The position numbers and the translations under genes were made by a program. Source: Callorhinchus milii (lineage: Eukaryota). From it: a stretch of DNA of 60,000 nucleotides. The notes below the pieces were generated by a model that made no database searches, was not told where the DNA came from, and saw only the letters and a program-made list of their open reading frames with translations. The stretch is taken from positions 15,006,001-15,066,000 of the forward strand of contig NW_024704742.1 of NCBI RefSeq assembly GCF_018977255.1, given 5' to 3'. Positions 11,865 through 24,940 of the stretch are shown one piece after another (the first letter of the stretch is position 1; every line of letters begins with the position of its first letter).

Positions 11865-13410
11865 ATGATGCAATTGTGTTGATAAAGTAGTTGCATTGTG
11901 GACCACGTTCATTATTCATGGGTGCAGGCGTCCCAATCATTTCCCTGCACCAATCAGCTTTTTGTGCCTGGGTGCCAGGCCAACACAATTGGTAGCACTC
12001 TGGCTTTGAGTCATATGGGTATGGTTTCAAGCCCCAATTTATTTTGTGAAGCGCTTTAAGATGTCTCGACAACACGATAAAGAGCTATAACACATGCAAG
12101 GATTATTATTATTATTATTTAAAATTACCCATTCACTTCATGACGGTTTATGGGATACTGTTGTAATCAAACCAGCTGCTGAGTTCTCCTACAAAAAAAA
12201 CAGTGAAAATAACCCAACAGTTAATCCTGTGAAATGCTTTCAGAAATCTCAATGAAAAAGGCACTATGTCAAATGCAAGGATTATTATTAGTGGGGATAT
12301 GTTTACACCTTCAGGTCTGCCTTGGATTACTGTGGATGTGCTTGATTTTGCCAATCATGTCTTCTTACAACCAATTAAGACTTGCTTACCATTTCCCCCA
12401 CTCAAGGATAGATTTAGACATGGTGCTGATTTCAGCAACTTTGTTATGGCTGAACAAAACCAATAAGATTTGGATTATAATCTTCTGCTCCCATCGCAAC
12501 CAATTAAGATACCCTGAATATTCAGCAGATAACATGACTGTACATAAATGAAAAAGAAGCATTATATTCCAGTCTCACAATAAACAACACCTCCAGCATC
12601 TCACCTAAGCTTATTGGATATTGAGTTCTTTCACTTGCCTGAAGGAACATATAACTGATTTGTGTCTGTGGCCTTGGTGCTCATGAGATTTGAATGTTTC
12701 AGACTCAGGAACGTGCAACGAATCACCATGTACAGGTTTACATTGAACGTATAAGAGAACAAGAAGCACACATGGGGTCTATAAAGATCAAACAAAAGTT
12801 TAGACTTTCCTATCAGCAAACAGATTTCTAGACTCTGTGGAACATTATGATTTAAATCTATCGATTATCTATAATTTCGCAGCAGGGAAATGGCTAAAGA
12901 AGAAGACTCCATTATGCTATAAAAAGCTCATTAATATTTCAGAGCTGCTGCTGACAGATGATTTGCTCTTTTCTCTGTGGTGCTGTGGAGGACATCTGGG
13001 ACCTGGTATTGCAGGTCACATGGGTGATATCTTCCAGTGCCAGGAAAGGTCAGAGGAACTTGACTTTCCTGGAGGTGAGTAAAGAGAGACTCCACACGTT
13101 GCTAAATTAGTAGCTGCAGGCCATGGCTGCTGTGTTGTTTTATTGACAAGAGGGTGAGGCAGCAACAAATATGCAATGAAGATTTAACAGCCACAAATGA
13201 AACTTTATTGTCATTAGATAATTGCATATTATTTATTTTCTAGAAGTTTCACATTGTTTAGCTTCCAACTTAATATACTAAAATATTTTCTGAAGCCCTT
13301 ATCAATGATCACAAAGTTTGCTTTTAATTTGAGAGGGAGGGAGGGAAGGAGAAGAGGGAGAGAGGGAAGAATGTATACATTGATCTTGATGCCTAATATT
13401 ATGTATAATA

Positions 13411-13737
13411 TTGGAGTCCTGTAGCTCAGTGGTTAGAGCACTCGCTTTGCAAGCGAGAGACCTGAGTTCAATTCCAGGCAGGGCGAAACCTTGGGCAAGT
13501 TTCCTTACTCCATACGCCTAATAATAATCCCTCCAAAAAAACAAAACAATAATAAATTGGTCATTTTCAATCTACGACTGTTTGTGGGACATTGCTGTGC
13601 GCAATTGGCTGCCGCGTTTGCCCACAAATATACAGTCAATTCACTTTACAGTGTGTTCTGTGAAGCGCTTTGGGACGTCCTCCCGATGTGAAAAGCGCTA
13701 TATCAAATGCAAGGATTATTATTATTATTATTATTAT
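13411..13737 (+). mobile_element. tRNA-Ala SINE, young subfamily, full length
   Basis: Intact A and B boxes, Deu-like core and long (ATT)n tail. Confidence 0.96.
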
Positions 13738-14552
13738 GGATTGCTACCGTTCCAACCATTCGAATGTACAGCACTGTGCTCCCAACTCACAATCCACATG
13801 CAATACACAGGGGTTTCTTTCACATCATCTGGCCCGTGCTCTTGCAACTGAGTTGCACACACTGGCTACTTTGGGGACATAGCACCTTCTGCTCTGTGCT
13901 CCTATGTAGAGCATGGAGTGAAAACTTCAGTTAATCAACTTGCGATCCGAGGTTTTAGTAAGAGTGTTGCACAGAATGTTCGATCTACAAAGGATGATCA
14001 GGCTAAATTTTGAGTGTTTCGCAGCATTATGTTCTCCAACCCTCAGCTTCACCAATGGCTCAATAATAACAGTAGGTATATGCTACACGTTGAATGGATT
14101 GACAATACAATGGCATGTGGATAAAAGGTTCTTCTGTAAAAGGAATCACAGTGTTTTGGGATAGAATTGGGGTGCTGGAGAGTAGAGATAACACACATGA
14201 TCTGAAAAGAGCTGAAAGGATTTGTAAATTGGAAAAGGAGTAAAATAGCATTTTCACTTTAAAACAATTTGCCAGATTGGTAAACAGGAGGGGGGAGGGG
14301 AGAAGTAATTCAGTCATGTGCTGCCTATTTTATTTAACTGTTTTACTTTAATGTTTGTTTTACAAAAAACTGAGATTAAATTCTTTAATATTCACTCTGC
14401 AGAGAGGTTTCAAGTGACTGGTGCTTCCCCCAAATTCTTGGCTATTAAAGTTAAATTGAACTTTGAAGTTTGCTTATTAAATTAATAGTAACTTAATAAA
14501 AGTTGTTTCTTGCATCTTTTCGATTGAACATGGCGATTGTCGTGCATAGAGA

Positions 14553-14963
14553 ATGCCTGTCCCAGAGAGGATCGACTTCAAGATCCTCACCCTTGTCTTC
14601 AAATCACTCCACTCCTCTGCACCTCCCTATCTCTCTGACCTCCTCTCTCCTCACAACAGTGCCCGTTGCCTTCGCTCCACCGGGTCTGGCCTCCTCCTTG
14701 TCCCCTGAGTTCTCCGCTCCACTATCGGCAGCCGTGCCTTCAGCCACTACACCCCGAGGCTCTGGAACTCCCTTCCTCACACCCTTTGCTTCGCCCCCTC
14801 TCTTCCTATTTTCAGGTTTCGGCTGAAGACCTTTCTTTTCAACCGCGCCTTTGGTCACCTTTCTCCCCCTCCCTCTGGCTCGGCCCCGGAATCCGTTACT
14901 GTGAAGTGCTCTGAGATGCTGTCCGGCGTGGAGGGCGCTATATAAATCCAAGTTGTTGTTGTT
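14553..14963 (+). mobile_element. L2 3' fragment of a second, CpG-retaining subfamily
   Basis: PV.QRIDFKIL.L.FKSL-type coding remnant, CTCTGGAACTCCCT, and tail GGAGGGCGCTATATAAATCCAAG(TTG)n. Confidence 0.88.
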
Positions 14964-15102
14964 AGAGCAAGTATTTTGAGGAAACTGTTTCAATGGAAAT
15001 ATGGAGAGTAAAATTTTAAATAGATTACTAAGGGGGAAAGCAATGGAAGTGTTAAAGGCTTATTAACAGTCTGAGATATTGAAGAAACCTCCCAGTTTGT
15101 TA

Positions 15103-15388
15103 TAATAATATTAATCCTTGCATTTGACATAACACCTCATTACATCTTCGAGACGTCTCAAAGCACTTCACAGAATATACTGTAAAGTGAATTGAGTGTA
15201 AATTTGGGGGAGAAACGTGGCAGCCAATTGCGTACAGCAGTGTCCCTCAAACAGTCATGGATTGAATGGCCAAACATTTTTTTGAGGGATTATTACCCGC
15301 AGAAAAGTGATCCGGCAATCGACTAACAACCGAGTTCCTACTTACTGCTAGGTAAACAGAGGTGTATGGAGTAAGGAAATTTGCCTGC
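15103..15388 (-). mobile_element. tRNA-Ala SINE, long subfamily, head truncated
   Basis: Reverse complement has CCTTACTCCATACACCTCTGTTTACCTAGCAGTAAGTAGG, the Deu-like core and the tail. Confidence 0.88.
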
Positions 15389-17234
15389 CTTCCTTGTATT
15401 CCGGCCAGCAGTTTCCATTATTTGCATCTATTAATGCCTCCAAATTTGTGATTTGAACATCAAATAAATGTCTTGAAAGTTCATTTTATTAACCGCATAA
15501 CTGTCGTTCTGGGTAGCCATGGCTGTACAGATGTTGTTTTGTCACTTGTGATTATCATTCCTGAGAAGTTCACCTTATATCTGATGTTAGCAATCTGTCA
15601 GCAACTCCAAATGGCAATTATCAGCATGTCTATCTACAGTGCACCGGCCGTTTCATTTTTGATCCCAAAATTTGTAAACAGCAGTTAGCCAATGTCAGTT
15701 ACCCAGCTGCCTTATTGCATCTGTGACTCACAGCATCAGAGAGAAAGGCACAAGTCTTCAAAAACCGCAGGGCAGGGCCCAATCACTGGGTCAGGCCTGC
15801 CAGTCCCTGAATGTCGCTCTCAATAAATCAGTTTTCTGAAGGCCACAAACTAGTTCTTGTTTTTCCACTGGAAGGGAAGGGGGAGAAGGTTACGCCAACT
15901 GCCTTAAACCAGTTATCTTACATTCCATCAGTATAAATGCAGACAGAGATAATCAAGTCAGATAAACTCTGACATAGCAAAGTAAAGTCCCGTTAATTGG
16001 ATAGACTCCTAGGATGTCACTCAGAATTCCCCCAGCATCTCAGCATTTGTTATTGGAATCACTCCATTTGTTTTATATTTTGCGTGAATAAATGCAGCGT
16101 AGAATAACTGGAAATGAGTTGTCAGGATTTCAAAGTAAAATTTCTAAGAAAAAGGTGAGGTAGATGCATGTTTGTCTCTAAATCTGATGGTTTGTGAGGT
16201 GGGATCCCATTTTTGCACTGAGATGAAAATCTGCCCGCTCTGATAGGATGAGTTGCAAATATCATTGCTGCCTTTGCCACTAGATGGAGCATTTCTTCAT
16301 TTCAGGGGAAAAATATACCGCTGGACCATCCTCGCCCCCACTGAAGGGCACCATTTAGCCAATGGCATAGAGTCATTGATGGGACACTTTTGAGGATAAA
16401 CTGGAGGTTGGTCAAGAAAATTATGATTGAAGACAATAAGTTAAAAACTTAGAACCATGGATCACAGAGTGTGCTTCTGACACTGAAGCTCTACAGAAGA
16501 TTATCTAAAAACAAATCTAATCCTTACATTTGATGCAGCACCATTCACGTTGGGAGCATGTCCAAAAGTACTTCCCAGGATGTATTGTAAAATGTTGCAA
16601 CTGTGTATTTTGTTGGTAATATTTTTAATCTCATGACGGAATCACAATTCACAAACTTCACATGTGAAATGTCTTTTGATATCCACAATCGGAAGTCACA
16701 ATTAGTGCTTCTAATCTCATTTATGAATATCGCAAATTAGACTTCTGGATGTTTTGCTTGCAATTGCACAACATGGAGGAAATTAAAAACACACAGAATT
16801 TTGTGCTCAGGCACCAACAGATGGATTAGAGCCTTATTTTGTTCCCTGAGACTCAGCACCAATAAAGAAAAACATTAAAATCAATGAGTTTCCTTTAGTT
16901 GGCCAACAAGATTTAAACTAACTCTCTGCAGCATAATACTATTCCTCACTACCTCCAAATATTGCAGTTTAAATTAATTCTAAGAGTATCTTAATATTAC
17001 AATGCTCTTTGTGCTGTCCCAAAGTGCAACTGATAACATGAATTCGCCAGAAATAAGTAGAAAATATTTTTTGACGTCATGATCTGAATGACTTTGGGGT
17101 TTACCATGCACTAATCTTTAACACTTGCAATTGTTTTATTAATTATTTACGATGGAATTTATACACATGTTACAAAAAGATAAGTGTTAGAGATCAGCGT
17201 GTGATAGACCCTTTCATGTGTGTTTTGAATGCTT

Positions 17235-17305
17235 TTAAATGTTCCTTCAGTTAAGTATTAAATGTTCCTTCAGTTAAGTATTTATCAATGAGTATTTATC
17301 AATGA
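17235..17305. repeat. Adjacent short tandem duplications (2 x 23 bp, then 2 x 14 bp)
   Basis: TTAAATGTTCCTTCAGTTAAGTA twice, then GTATTTATCAATGA twice. Confidence 0.9.
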
Positions 17306-18915
17306 GCTATGTTTCTGGGTCCTCAGCATGACTTTCAGTTGTTTGTGATATGAATTCATATGAGACTTGTTTAGAAGCACACTGGTGGGAATGACAACAT
17401 AAAAAGCGCTCCAGGATGCTGCCCTGCGTGAAAGGCGCCATATAAATGCAAGTTATTGTTGTTATATGAACTAAAACTTCATTCTCAGCCCTAGGACAAT
17501 GTGCACAGCACTGGATTGTGGGATGGGGATGGAGACGAATCTTCTGGACTCTAGACTTCTGGACCAAATCCTGCGACCAGGGTCTCTGAGGCAACAGTTT
17601 GTTATCAAGTCTTTTGAGCCACTTCTGAAGTCTAATAGGTAGCCACACTCATACGTAATGAACACAAAGAAACTTTGGCGAAGCTGATATTTTTCATTGA
17701 GGATTTATTTTTGATTTGGTTACAAAATAATCAAGACACTTTACAGAATATCCCGTGAAGCACTTTGAGGTGTCCACTCGGAATGAAAGGCACTATATCA
17801 GATATTGTATAAGGATTCTTATTATCTTGATAAACTTTGGAGAAAACAATCATTGTTTTAAGAAACATTGGTATTGATATGTTTTGAGACAAAATGACTA
17901 ATCTAGTCATCTTATAATAGTCTTTAAAATAAAATACATTGAAAATCAAGAAAAAAAAACAGTCAAAAAGATATCTAGTAAACCAGTACATTTACCAGAT
18001 ATCTCTGTACTGTGAACACACTGGTACATTCACAGATTGAAATTATCATCCAGCTAAGGAATTGTGAATTTATTATGTGTTGGAGATGATAGGTTCGGTT
18101 GTGTCAGGTGAAGAGATGTTTTGAATTAAAATCCCTCTTGAGCTGAGAGCGAGAGGCAGATAACAAAGCTGGAGCTGTCTTATCTCTGCCTCCACAAAAC
18201 TCTGCTTGACTGACTGTGGCACCAATAATGAAAGAGGTCGCAGGTGGATTTTAAAATCAACACAATCGGAAACATATACAACTATCGGCTTGCTAAACCC
18301 AGGGCAGCACACAGTGCAGCACAGCCCCATCTGTCCCAATCACATTCTTATCAGCTACAGATTTTTCAGAGTTCTTGGCCTGTTATGACTCAAGATTGTA
18401 ATGTAATGAAGACATTATAGGTGCAATTTTTAAATTCAGAATCACATTATTTTGCAGGAGCAGAAAGGGAGGGGAAGTTATTCTGTATTCATTTAATGAA
18501 TTTACAGTTAACAATGAGTTGCTATGACCCAATGCTGTATATTATCTGTAATATTTAATATGTATTGTTAACTGTGCGATTTAATATCCAATATGTAATA
18601 TTTAATTCAATATTTGTATATTTTTTCTCTGCCTGTACTGGAGCATTTCGTAAAACACTTTTCTGCACAGATAATGGAAAAAGACCACAGCTAAAATTGA
18701 AGTCGCTCTGCACCACTTTGAAATACGCACAGGTTCACAAGTAATCTGCATTCGTCATGCACTTTGAAGCATTCTTGTGTGTGAAAGGCACCATATAATT
18801 AAAGATGCTAACCAAAAGCACTATTCAAGAGATAAATCCTCCCTCACTTCTAAAATCATATCTCTACCGCAGTATTTTGGTCAAGATGCTTCAAGCGGTT
18901 ATTTCCCTGCCCATT

Positions 18916-19228
18916 GTGGAGTCCTGTAGCTCAGTGGTTAGAGCACTCGCTTTGCAAGCAAGAGACCTGAGTTCAATTCCAGGCAGGACGAAACCTTGGG
19001 TAAGTTTCCTTACTCCACACGCCTAATAATAATCCCTCCAAAACAAAACAATAATAAATCGGTCATTTTCAATCTACGACTGTTTGTGGGACATTGCTGT
19101 GCGCAATTGGCTGCCGCGTTCGCCCACAAATATACAGTCAATTCACTTTACAGTGTGTTCTGTGAAGCGCTTTGGGACGTCCTCCCGACGTGAAAAGCGC
19201 TACATCAAATGCAAGGATTATTATTATT
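18916..19228 (+). mobile_element. tRNA-Ala SINE, young subfamily, full length
   Basis: Near-identical to 13411-13737. Confidence 0.96.
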
Positions 19229-19844
19229 GCCCGCACTGCATTCGTCATGTTTTGAGCCATTATTACGTGTAAAAAAGAGTATATTGTGGTTATATTATAT
19301 TAACATGCCACATGGTAATGAAAGTAGAGCCACCTTCATTTGCAGAAGGTCTGCAGTATCTCACAATGTAAATGCGCCATTCAAGGGTTAGAGATGTAGG
19401 GGGTCAACACTTTCACTGTAAAGTCCGTTAATCTCCTTATGTGTCGCACATCATTATATGTTAAGTGCTTTCTCTCTCTTGAGGGAAGTGCTCAGCTGAA
19501 GGCCTTTTCCATAGAAGCAAGGAGAATGACATTTCATTGATGGACTGCACTCTAGCGGTCTCAGCTAGGGGGCCCTCATGGAGTGCATCTGATCATCACC
19601 AACATTGATTCAGAACAGTTGGTCTGTTTACAAGGGCCAGACTGTGCCAAAAGGTTTTAACCATGATAGCTCCTCGTCAGTCTGCATACAGTGGAGTTGA
19701 GCTCAGCCCAGGCTAGTAAATCTGTTTCATTGGAAATCCCCTGACTGGCACCACCTTTTACATTGAAATGTTGTTCTTGTTGGCTCTGTGGAGATGCCCT
19801 TCATGAGAATCCTTCTTTGAAAAGAAAGAAAACACTTAGAAATC

Positions 19845-19970
19845 AGTATGTATGTATGTAAGTGTTGATGTCTAGAAGCGTGGTTGTATGTAAATGTGAA
19901 TGCATGTAAGTGTGTATACGTGGTTGTGTGTAAATGTGATTGTGTGTAAGTGTGGATGTGTGTAAGTGTA
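19845..19970. repeat. Degenerate TG-rich simple repeat
   Basis: Runs of GTGT, GTAT and GTAA. Confidence 0.8.
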
Positions 19971-21059
19971 TCATACTGAAAACAATTGGTTTCTTTTAGC
20001 AGTGTAAACTGCTCAGGCACAGCTCATGTTTATGCTGCCATGACACTGGTGTTAAACCCACAGCCGGGGGGCTCTTTTCCTGTTAAGATTGTACCTCAAT
20101 GTATCAAACCAGTATGAAAACACGTTCTAGCCATAGGCTTCTTGCCGGCATCTTTGCTCTGAAAACCTGAGTCTAATCCGACTCCAGGGGGAGCCTTTGA
20201 TCTCCTCTACTTGTTTCCAGGCAACATAGGGCGCTTGTGTGGCAACTGAGGGTCACTCCTACTGGGTGTTCTCTCTTTCCAATTGTATTATTCAACTGAG
20301 AAAGTCTGAAATCTGCAGCAATATAAACTCTGAGCTTTTCCTGCAGCCTTTGATCCAGTCCGTTGTGAGTTCACCAGAACAGCAGTGATGGAGTCATGTG
20401 CACTGAGATTCAGCAATTTTGTAGCCATGTACTGGTATGGCTGTTAGTAGCAAATCAGTAACAATTTGTGGTTTTGTGCCTAGAACTAGGCAGCAGAAGT
20501 GTCCACTAAGAACTCAGTAAAATCTAATGATATAATCTATAGTCCAGATAATGCAATACAGTGTTGGGGTGCGCTGCATTGCCAGAGATGCCTTCCTTCG
20601 GGTGAGCTATGACATCAAGGTTCTAGCTACCTGTTCAGGTGGATGTTAAATTTCCCATGACACTATTGAAATTGGCAGGGAAGAAAGATATAGGAGAGAA
20701 TAGGAGAGGGGGAAAGGCTCACAAAATCACAAGATTGGTTTGCTGTCCTCTCATCCTACCACGTGGAGAACAAACACTTTTACAGCAGTGGAAGTGGCAG
20801 TCAGGATAAGTTGTCTGATATAAATCCAGCATCAGAACCCTGGTTCAAAGGCTAGAGTGGCCTATTTTCATTTGTAGTGGTCACAGGAAGCACCCAATCC
20901 TGGGTGCAAAGTGACCAACGTTCACTAGTTAAATTGCAAGCCAGAACCGATCATTACTATGTAATACCTACCCAAGCTCAGATTCCAAATTGTTTCAGAA
21001 GACATACATGTTTTGGAGTAGACTTGAAATAGTGCCTTTAACATCGAAACGTCACACAT

Positions 21060-21390
21060 AAATGTTAAAAAGTGAAGGGACTGCCATTTGTAGTTAAAGG
21101 TGGCAGCCAGTTTGCAAAACAATTGCAAAGAATATCAACAATTTTATCTGGAGGATTGTTGATCGGGAAATTCCCGAATAGTTTCAGGGGATGTTTCGTA
21201 TCCACCTGAACAGAAAGATAGGACGTTGATCACACCCATCAATAACATTTTATCTGAAGGATAACATCTCTGAGAACACACTGCACTCACCTAGAATGTC
21301 AGCCTACACTATGAGTCTCAAAGTCCTGACATGGTCCTTGGACCCACAACCCTCAGTCAGACACACACAGTACAACCAACTGAGCCTAGT
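21060..21390 (-). mobile_element. Old Deu-type SINE
   Basis: ATCCACCTGAACAG...GAAGGA..CATCTC..ACTGCACT...GTCAGCCTA...ACCCACAACC...AACTGAGCC is the reverse complement of the family. Confidence 0.75.
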
Positions 21391-24300
21391 GCCTGCGTCT
21401 ACAAGTTACTAATTGCTGCCATTGCACTTCTGTTCACACTTTACTTGTGAAACACTTGCCTCCTTGATTGACACCAGAAGAGAAAGATATTCTCCAGGCT
21501 AATGGAATTTTCGGGGCTGCAAAGAGCTATAAGATAAACACAATGATGTGCTATCAGAAACGTAAAGTGTATGTCAATTGCCTCATTTTAACTTTCAGCA
21601 GTTGGATCATTTAAACAGTATTTGCCAGAGCCTGGTGACTAAGAGGTGGTGGGAGAAGGTGCTGCGATTTCCCAGGCATCCTCCCCAGGAAGCTTGTTTG
21701 TAAACAATGAGGGACCATCCATTAACATGAGGAAATGCAGAGAAAGAGCATCTGAAACAATAAATCCTTCGCAGGGGGTGTCATGGATCTCGTTCTGTCT
21801 CATTGAGCTATTTCTGCCATTTGTATGAAGTCGCCTTTATCAGACACTTGTTTTTACAGCTTTCTCAGCATGTTGTGAGGAATCTGAGCAAAATGTTGAA
21901 GAACTCTTTCTTTTTTTCTTGAGAAATTCTTCAGCCTCGACCACCTGGTTCCTCCACTCCCTCTTTAAAATCCAACTCTTCTTGTCTTGACGACGTGATA
22001 AAGCGCTGTATCAAATGCAAGGATTCCTATTATAAGGAGGGAGTTTCTTCTAGTGTCCTGGCCAACGAGCCCTTAAATAAAAATATTTTTTTAATTTCAT
22101 TGATGTTTGTGGGACATTGCTGTTCATTAAATGTCAGGATTGCTAATATTATTATTACTCAAAGTGGTGCCTTTTTCTGTCTCTAATTCACTGAGGTGGC
22201 TTTTTGATGGCAATGAGTCAAACCGTTTTCCTTGTCGTCACCTAGATACTGCAAATATGCTTTTCTATCTTTCTCCTACACCACCCTCCCCAGCAACTGT
22301 CTTGGTGCCAATGTTCAGACATGTACATTTTTAAGTTGTTGATGTAGCCAGGTTAAAATTGCCACAGAATAATTCTGCCTCTAAGTCCAGCAATACTCTT
22401 GATGCAAAGCACCACTTACATACAGCTCCACAGGGAGGGTTGCTTTGGGAAGGGCAATCCTGTCGACCTCCACTGAGATGGACAGCTGTATTTGTTCGGA
22501 TAAAGTCCATCAATTAAAACCACACTGGGGATGGGAAGGGAGATGCTGACACATTCCAACCATATCTCTGCTTCACCTCTGAAAAGCATTCATTCAGACT
22601 CCCACACTAAGAGCAGATAACAGCCATTAAACTCCTTGTCTCTCCATCGCTTCACTCCCTCTCTCTCCCTCTGCTTTCTCTGTGTTCCTATTTGGATTCC
22701 ATTCTACTTCCATAAATCATCTCTTCATACCTTCAACTCTTTTTCAAAGAGGAAGCCACCTCTCTCTACTCTGACAACTGTATGTTGGTATAAGATCACA
22801 CTGATGGTTATTAAAAAATACACCACTAGACACACTTTCATACCCAACCTACTTCCGAGGTTATTGGAGTTGTCCAGTTTAATGCTATTGGCCACCATAT
22901 AATAAATGAGAACGAAAATTCATTGGGAATTCTGATTTTCAGCAGCTCAGACTTGTTGAGATCAAAAAATTGATATTTAAAATTAACGAAACTATTTCAA
23001 AATGAGAGCTAGCTTTATGTACTGCAGACCCATTTGTAATGTGCAGCGAGTGATATCAACAGTGTCCTAATAACCCAGAAGTCAGCTATTTTAGCTTCTA
23101 CACTTGTGAAAATTTCACCACAAAGCATAGAGTACCTCCGTCCTCTCAACGTGAAAGGGGCAATACCAAATGTAAGGATTCTAATTATTTATTATTAAAA
23201 AAAAGGTTGACTTTCGGGTCATCAGGTCACTAAACCGGCAGACAGGACCTCGGTTTAATATTTCATCTGAAGGATGGCACCTCTGACAATGAGCACTGCA
23301 CTGGAATGTCATCCTAGATTTCATGAGCTCAAAGTCCTGACTTTCGGGTGAGAGACAAGAGTGGTACCAAAATCTATCTAAGTGGGAAGAAATAAAAGCC
23401 AACGAACGGCGAGATGACATTTTGTCTACCTGCCTTGAGCACTTCCTGTTGTTTTTGTGACTATCACAAAGTAGATTCAAATAACAACCCCAAATACTGT
23501 AAGAATAATAATAGTTTTGCTCTGAAATATCAGTCAACTTTTGTCTAAGTTCTGATGTTGCTGCCCTGCTCATTATAAACCTGCTGATATGATTTTGTTT
23601 CCTCTGTTCCACACAGTCCTCAATACGATCGTGTGGAATTTACGGCTGTATAAAGGGCCATATTAATGCGGCCTATACTAATTTACACCAAATGCTCACC
23701 CCTGCTCTTGTTGAATTGTCAAATTCCATGCCCCCCCACTCCCGCCCCCAACTTCACTCGTAAACAGCAGCCAGGGGAAACAATTTTTCCATAGTCCTGT
23801 TAATCTGATTAAAAAGGTGCTTTTATCTGCACTCTGAAGGCTTCATGTGCTAGATGTTGATTTATAAACTGGCTGAGATGAATTATGCCCAAGAGACAAT
23901 CACTGAGGCGCCTGCCAGACATCAATGTTATATTTCCTTATACCAAAAATATTTCACAGAGATGCATAAAACATTTCTTATATGTTCCTTTTTGAGCCTT
24001 TGTTGTTTTTTTCCCAGTTCTTTTAAACCTGCGGTAGGTCCATGAGCAATAAGCCATTTCCTCTTTTTAATGACCTCAAGGTCCATCTGAGCATGCTCAG
24101 ACCAGAGGTGTCCACTCTATGAAACACAGCTCAATAATTGGGTCAGTTGACCCTTTTCTTTTGTCCAGTACTTTAACTGGCATATATTTCCTGGGTCACG
24201 TCTCTCCTATATAGCTATGCTATGGTTTCAGAGGACAAAATATTGAACTGGCTTGTTAAATCGGTGGAATATTGATCACTTTTGATTCTGGACATTTTGG

Positions 24301-24619
24301 GCTGCTCTCACAGAGTCACTGAAAATGTTTGAGAATCTGGTAAATTCTACTTTTAAAAAACTGCCATATGATACATGAAAAACAGAGCCCTGTTTTATAT
24401 CTATCTATTTTCTGTGCAACAATATTTCGAAGATGTAACAAATTAACCAATTAGAATAAAGGTTCAGTCCTTGACGTGTAGTGGTTGTTTTAAGGGAACC
24501 TCCAATAAAACTATTCAAAAAATGAAGTTAAGAATTTCCCCAAATTTGCACAATTTAAAATTTTAGGATAATGGTCTGAAGGTTAAGACTCTGAGAATGT
24601 CAGGTTTCAGTTGAGGTCT

Positions 24620-24940
24620 AATGATAATAATAATTCTGGGGATTTCATATATCGTCTTTCACATCTGAGTATCATCTCAAAGTGCTTCACATGATTCACT
24701 CTAAAGTGTAGTGACTGTATATTTTGTACAGAAATGTGAATTTGCACACTGTGCACACCACAGTGTCCCACAACAGCTATGAAGTGAGTGATCAATTTTA
24801 TTTGGGGGATTGTTGGCCAGGATACCAGGAGAATCTCCCTTCTGTTTTTAAATAGTACCATGAGATCTTTAACACTGACCGGAACAAGCAAATGGGACCT
24901 CAGTTCAAAGTGTCATCCAAACCTCTGGAAATGCAACACT
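24620..24940 (-). mobile_element. Old Deu-type SINE, 3' two-thirds
   Basis: Reverse tail, CAGTGTCCCACAACAGC, TGTTGGCCAGGATACCAGGAG and CCATGAGATCTTTAAC. Confidence 0.85.
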
